Part shown: positions 60,694 to 64,000 of the stretch, one piece after another
Position numbering within the stretch: the stretch's first letter is position 1
Layout of the letters: the number at the start of each line of letters is the position of its first letter
Notes under the pieces: generated by a model
Seen by the model: only the letters and a program-made list of their open reading frames with translations
Database searches by the model: none
Told to the model about the DNA's origin: nothing
Assembly (NCBI GenBank): GCA_050179755.1
Contig: JBFXEV010000001.1
Span: 613,940-677,939, forward strand
Direction: 5' to 3'
From: Candidatus Babeliales bacterium
GTDB taxonomy: Bacteria > Babelota > Babeliae > Babelales > JBFXEV01
Length of the DNA: 64,000 nt
Made by a program: the position numbers and the translations under genes

Positions 60694-62307
60694 ATGGTTG
60701 ATTCATTTAAGGATATGGCGCTCAAAGATGAGCTTAAAAAGGCACTTGATGAGCTAGGGTTTACTAAACCTACTGAAATTCAAGCAAAAGCTATTCCTGA
60801 GCTTATTAATGGTAAAAAAAATATAGATTTTCATGGTCAGGCCCAAACGGGGACTGGTAAAACTCTTGCGTTTGGACTTCCACTTCTAAACAATATAGAT
60901 CCTAAAGAAAAGCATGTGCAAGCGCTCATTGTAGCGCCTACGCGGGAGCTTGTGGTGCAGATTACTGAAAGCTTAGAAAAAGTATCAAAGCATTTGCCTG
61001 TTTCTATTACTACTATCTATGGTGGCATGTCCATGCAAGATCAGATTCGCATTCTTAAGCGTGGCGTTCAGATTGTGGTAGGAACGCCTGGCCGTTTGAA
61101 TGATCATATTCGCAGAAAGACGTTAGATCTTTCGCATATTCGCACGTTAGTACTTGATGAAGCAGATATTATGCTTGAAATGGGGTTTAAAGAAGAAATA
61201 GATGAAATACTCAAAAGTTGTTCTAAAGATCGCAATATTTGGTTGTTTTCTGCAACCGTAAAAGGTGGCATAGAAACTATCAAGCGATCTCATATGCGCA
61301 ATCCCATTTCCGTAAGTGTATCTAAAACTGATGTGGGCAATAAGCAAGTGCAGCAATACTATTCTATAGTTCCTGCCCGGCAGCGCATTGCAGCGGTAGC
61401 TCGTTTTATAGATAAAGCACCCGATTTTTATGGGCTTATTTTTTGCCCAACCAAGTTGCTTGCAAGTGAAGTGGCAGAACTTCTTTTAAAGCGTGGCTAT
61501 AAAGTTGCAGCATTGCATGGTGATATGAATCAGGCTGCCCGTAATAAAGTGATAAAGCGTTTTAAAGATAAACAAATTGATATCTTAGTGGCAACAGACG
61601 TGGCAGCGCGTGGCATAGATGTTGCAAATCTTACTCATGTGATTAATTATGGCATACCCATGGATCAAGAAAGCTATGTGCATCGTATAGGTAGAACTGG
61701 CAGAGCAGGTAAAGAAGGTATTGCAATTACTTTTATTAATCCATCAGAAGTGGGCAAGATCAAGCGTTTGCAGCAGCGTTTTAACTTTGTGATAAATCCT
61801 ATACAAGTTCCTACGTTTGAAGATATTGCAGCAAGCCGCATTGCAGATGCTGCAGAATATATGGCCCTAGCCTCTCACAAAGATAAGCAAGATGGTAATT
61901 ATCTTGAAAAACTACGCGCGTTGGCAACGGAATATGATCATGCAGCATTGGTTAATATTGCCGTGCATTGTTTGCATGACTTATTCTTTAAACATATCAA
62001 AGATGCAGATATTGATTTTTCGCATGCTGCTCAAGAGCGAGCGCCACGTGAACGGGGTGAAAGCAGGCTTGCGCCAGGACATGAAGAATTGTTATTAACC
62101 ATTGGTCTTGATGATGGAGCAACAAAGCCCGATCTTCTTGCATTTTTAGAAAAACATGCAAATCTTAAGTCTCGTGATCTTGGCAAAGTTAAGCTTATGA
62201 AGCGCCAAAGCTTTATTAGCGTGCCCTCAAAAGAAATTAGCCGCGTGATCCGTGAACTTGACCGCAAAAAACTTATGGGCCGTGAGGTTCGCGTGCGCCG
62301 GGCGTAA
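60694..62307 (+). CDS. deaD: DEAD-box ATP-dependent RNA helicase (DeaD/CsdA-like with a DbpA-type C-terminal RNA-binding domain)
   Basis: Q motif GFTKPTEIQ, AQTGTGKT, PTRELV, DEAD, SAT, HRIGRTGRAG. ATG 60694 preferred over TTG 60688. Confidence 0.9.
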   Translation: MVDSFKDMALKDELKKALDELGFTKPTEIQAKAIPELINGKKNIDFHGQAQTGTGKTLAFGLPLLNNIDPKEKHVQALIVAPTRELVVQITESLEKVSKHLPVSITTIYGGMSMQDQIRILKRGVQIVVGTPGRLNDHIRRKTLDLSHIRTLVLDEADIMLEMGFKEEIDEILKSCSKDRNIWLFSATVKGGIETIKRSHMRNPISVSVSKTDVGNKQVQQYYSIVPARQRIAAVARFIDKAPDFYGLIFCPTKLLASEVAELLLKRGYKVAALHGDMNQAARNKVIKRFKDKQIDILVATDVAARGIDVANLTHVINYGIPMDQESYVHRIGRTGRAGKEGIAITFINPSEVGKIKRLQQRFNFVINPIQVPTFEDIAASRIADAAEYMALASHKDKQDGNYLEKLRALATEYDHAALVNIAVHCLHDLFFKHIKDADIDFSHAAQERAPRERGESRLAPGHEELLLTIGLDDGATKPDLLAFLEKHANLKSRDLGKVKLMKRQSFISVPSKEISRVIRELDRKKLMGREVRVRRA

Positions 62308-63156
62308 TTATGGCCATTCATCCATTTTGTTAATGATTTCTATATCTTCATCATTTTGAAATGTAATAAATCTCATAACTGGCATATTTTTAAATAATTC
62401 AATGGTAGCTCGTAGGCCAAGATCAAATATTTGTTCTTGATTCATTGTGATTAGGGTATCAGAGGTAACTATTGGCTCTATGGTAAAGACATGTTTTTTG
62501 TGCAGAGAAAACTTTAAGGTAATATTGTTATATACAGCGAACCAGCATTGATTTATTTTTTCATTGTAAAGAATGGTCTCTAAGGTGTTATCCTCTTTTT
62601 TCATATTAATTGGTTGCTTATTTGAGTCTAACCACGTAATGCGTAGCATGTGGCTATTCACTTTAAAGTGATGATATATATCATATGGCCAGTAAGTATA
62701 TAATTTTACATATATTTTTTTATTATGGTTTTTGCTTTCTGCGTTATAAGAATCATAAAAATACTCATAAGTCTCAAAGTGTGTGATTATATTATTGCCG
62801 ATCAAGCCTAACATAAACATTTGATAGCGATAGAAGTTGATACCATACCAATTGCAAAGATCATAGCGTTTTTTCCAGGCGATGTGGGTAGGGCCTAAAT
62901 ATAAATATATTTTATTGTTTCTATTATAGAACCAAATATCAAAATGTGTTTTATAGTGTTTTAATTCTATTAATGGCGGGATATTATGTAAATGGTTCAT
63001 CCAAATCATTCTCTTAGCCATAGTATTACTTACGATATTGTTCTGAGAATCTTGGTAAATGCATCCTAATTGTGACCCATTTTCAAGAATTGAAAGAATA
63101 TTTTCTTCTGTATACTCTGTATTAAGCATTGCTAAGAATTCATAATTTTTACTCAT
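62308..63156 (-). CDS. Hypothetical cytoplasmic protein (282 aa), very AT-rich. Possible cognate partner of the upstream toxin-like gene
   Basis: ATG 63154-63156. N/Y/I/K-rich with no signal peptide. A single-line hand count at 62701-62760 gives 11/60 G+C. Its stop abuts the deaD stop. Confidence 0.55.
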   Translation of the reverse strand: MSKNYEFLAMLNTEYTEENILSILENGSQLGCIYQDSQNNIVSNTMAKRMIWMNHLHNIPPLIELKHYKTHFDIWFYNRNNKIYLYLGPTHIAWKKRYDLCNWYGINFYRYQMFMLGLIGNNIITHFETYEYFYDSYNAESKNHNKKIYVKLYTYWPYDIYHHFKVNSHMLRITWLDSNKQPINMKKEDNTLETILYNEKINQCWFAVYNNITLKFSLHKKHVFTIEPIVTSDTLITMNQEQIFDLGLRATIELFKNMPVMRFITFQNDEDIEIINKMDEWP

Positions 63157-63262
63157 TGCTTTCTCTCTCTATAGTTTATATTGTTGTCTACAAACCAATT
63201 TTTCCACTGTTGTGGGATTGGTTCTTTTGAAACTACGACAAATGGTTTTTGTAAGTTGTTGC

Positions 63263-64000
63263 CTATTTTTTTTGCCCGTTGTAGTTTTTTCTTAACTTTT
63301 CAATAACATCTGCTCTCTCTACTTCCCAAGTACCTGCTTTGCACTCTATTAGTTCAGTATCAGTTTCAATATCTATTTCTACTAGTTTGTTTTCTATTTT
63401 CATTTCATAGCCCATTTTAACAATTGTTTTATTTTGGTCATGTAATTCCACAATATACTCTAATTCAAACAATGATCCTTTTTTTTGATCCTCATGTTTG
63501 AGTATTCTCCACAAAGCGCCATCATTTGCGAGAAAACCCTCTACTCCTAAAAATAATTTAATACAGTGTTTAATTAATTCAATTTCAGCTTCAGTTAAAT
63601 AAGGTGTAAGTGAAAAATCTATTTTATCAATGTCGATTGCAGGGTCATGTTTTGGAAGATCCCAACAGCGATCCGTCTCTTTTGGAGGTCTTACTTTTGT
63701 GGGGTATTGGTGTTGTGGCGTAACTTCACCTTGTTCATCGATTACTTCATCATCTGGAGATGGGATAGCATTTTTATCATTGTCCTGGTCTTCCTCGACC
63801 TTTTCTTCAAGCTGCCCCTCGATTTGTAGTATTGGTTTGCCTTGACTCCAATTACAAGAATCTATTACTTCAATTTCAATACCCTGCACCCCACCACACG
63901 TTTCTCCAGCAATCTCTGGTGGCCTTTGCACGCAGGGCCAATTCTCAGATTCATTTGTAGGAATTTCTGGTAATTTGCAGCCATACGGCTCTCTAATTTC
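63263..64000 (-). CDS. 3' part of a larger gene (open to the window edge). C-terminal PD-(D/E)xK nuclease-like domain
   Basis: The frame stays open upstream of the track start (GTG 63931) to position 64000. Acidic linker, then GSLFELEYIVEL ... VEIDIETDTELIECKAG (an E ... D ... ExK arrangement). Confidence 0.5.
   Translation of the reverse strand, partial: EIREPYGCKLPEIPTNESENWPCVQRPPEIAGETCGGVQGIEIEVIDSCNWSQGKPILQIEGQLEEKVEEDQDNDKNAIPSPDDEVIDEQGEVTPQHQYPTKVRPPKETDRCWDLPKHDPAIDIDKIDFSLTPYLTEAEIELIKHCIKLFLGVEGFLANDGALWRILKHEDQKKGSLFELEYIVELHDQNKTIVKMGYEMKIENKLVEIDIETDTELIECKAGTWEVERADVIEKLRKNYNGQKK

Noticed and set aside
63157-63262. Inverted repeat AACCAAT/ATTGGTT between the two edge genes, considered as a terminator.
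   Set aside because: The stem is 7 bp with a long loop and no U-tract on the minus strand. That is insufficient for a terminator call.

Overview
This is a compact, AT-rich bacterial chromosomal window. Hand-counted 60-nt lines in core genes give roughly 35-42% G+C. Several convergent genes abut or overlap.

Recognisable housekeeping genes are ruvA, tRNA-Gly(GCC), jag/khpB-mnmE, pal, rng, gatB, phr, tspO, a mutY-like gene, glyA, efp-nusB, murI, rpsA-ndk and a DEAD-box helicase.

Between them sits an unusually dense set of exported and eukaryote-like genes. About half of the ~60 CDS start with a signal peptide or membrane anchor. They include:
- a tandem array of eight TPR paralogs plus a remnant (15.7-22.4 kb);
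- three ankyrin-repeat genes;
- a secreted caspase-fold protease;
- three tandem ~880-aa M16 peptidases;
- a signal-peptide-bearing USP-type deubiquitinase;
- a markedly AT-rich glycosyltransferase/methyltransferase/flippase island (41.2-48.7 kb) whose enzymes all carry N-terminal anchors;
- an atypical thioredoxin-reductase/thioredoxin fusion;
- at the right edge, a very AT-rich pair resembling a nuclease-toxin C-terminus plus a cognate partner.

Non-coding content:
- two families of short GC-rich structured repeats, one copy inserted in frame in mnmE;
- several strand-specific intrinsic terminators;
- two exported-repeat-protein genes interrupted exactly at poly(A) tracts.

I saw no rRNA, CRISPR array, transposase, integrase or phage genes.

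The gene content suggests an obligate intracellular or protist-associated diderm bacterium, Dependentiae/TM6-like or similar. That is inference only.

The best candidates for something undescribed are the anchored glycan-modification island next to the USP effector, the covarying-hairpin repeat family that invades a coding region, and the edge toxin-like pair. All family assignments come from motif recognition by eye, with no searches run.
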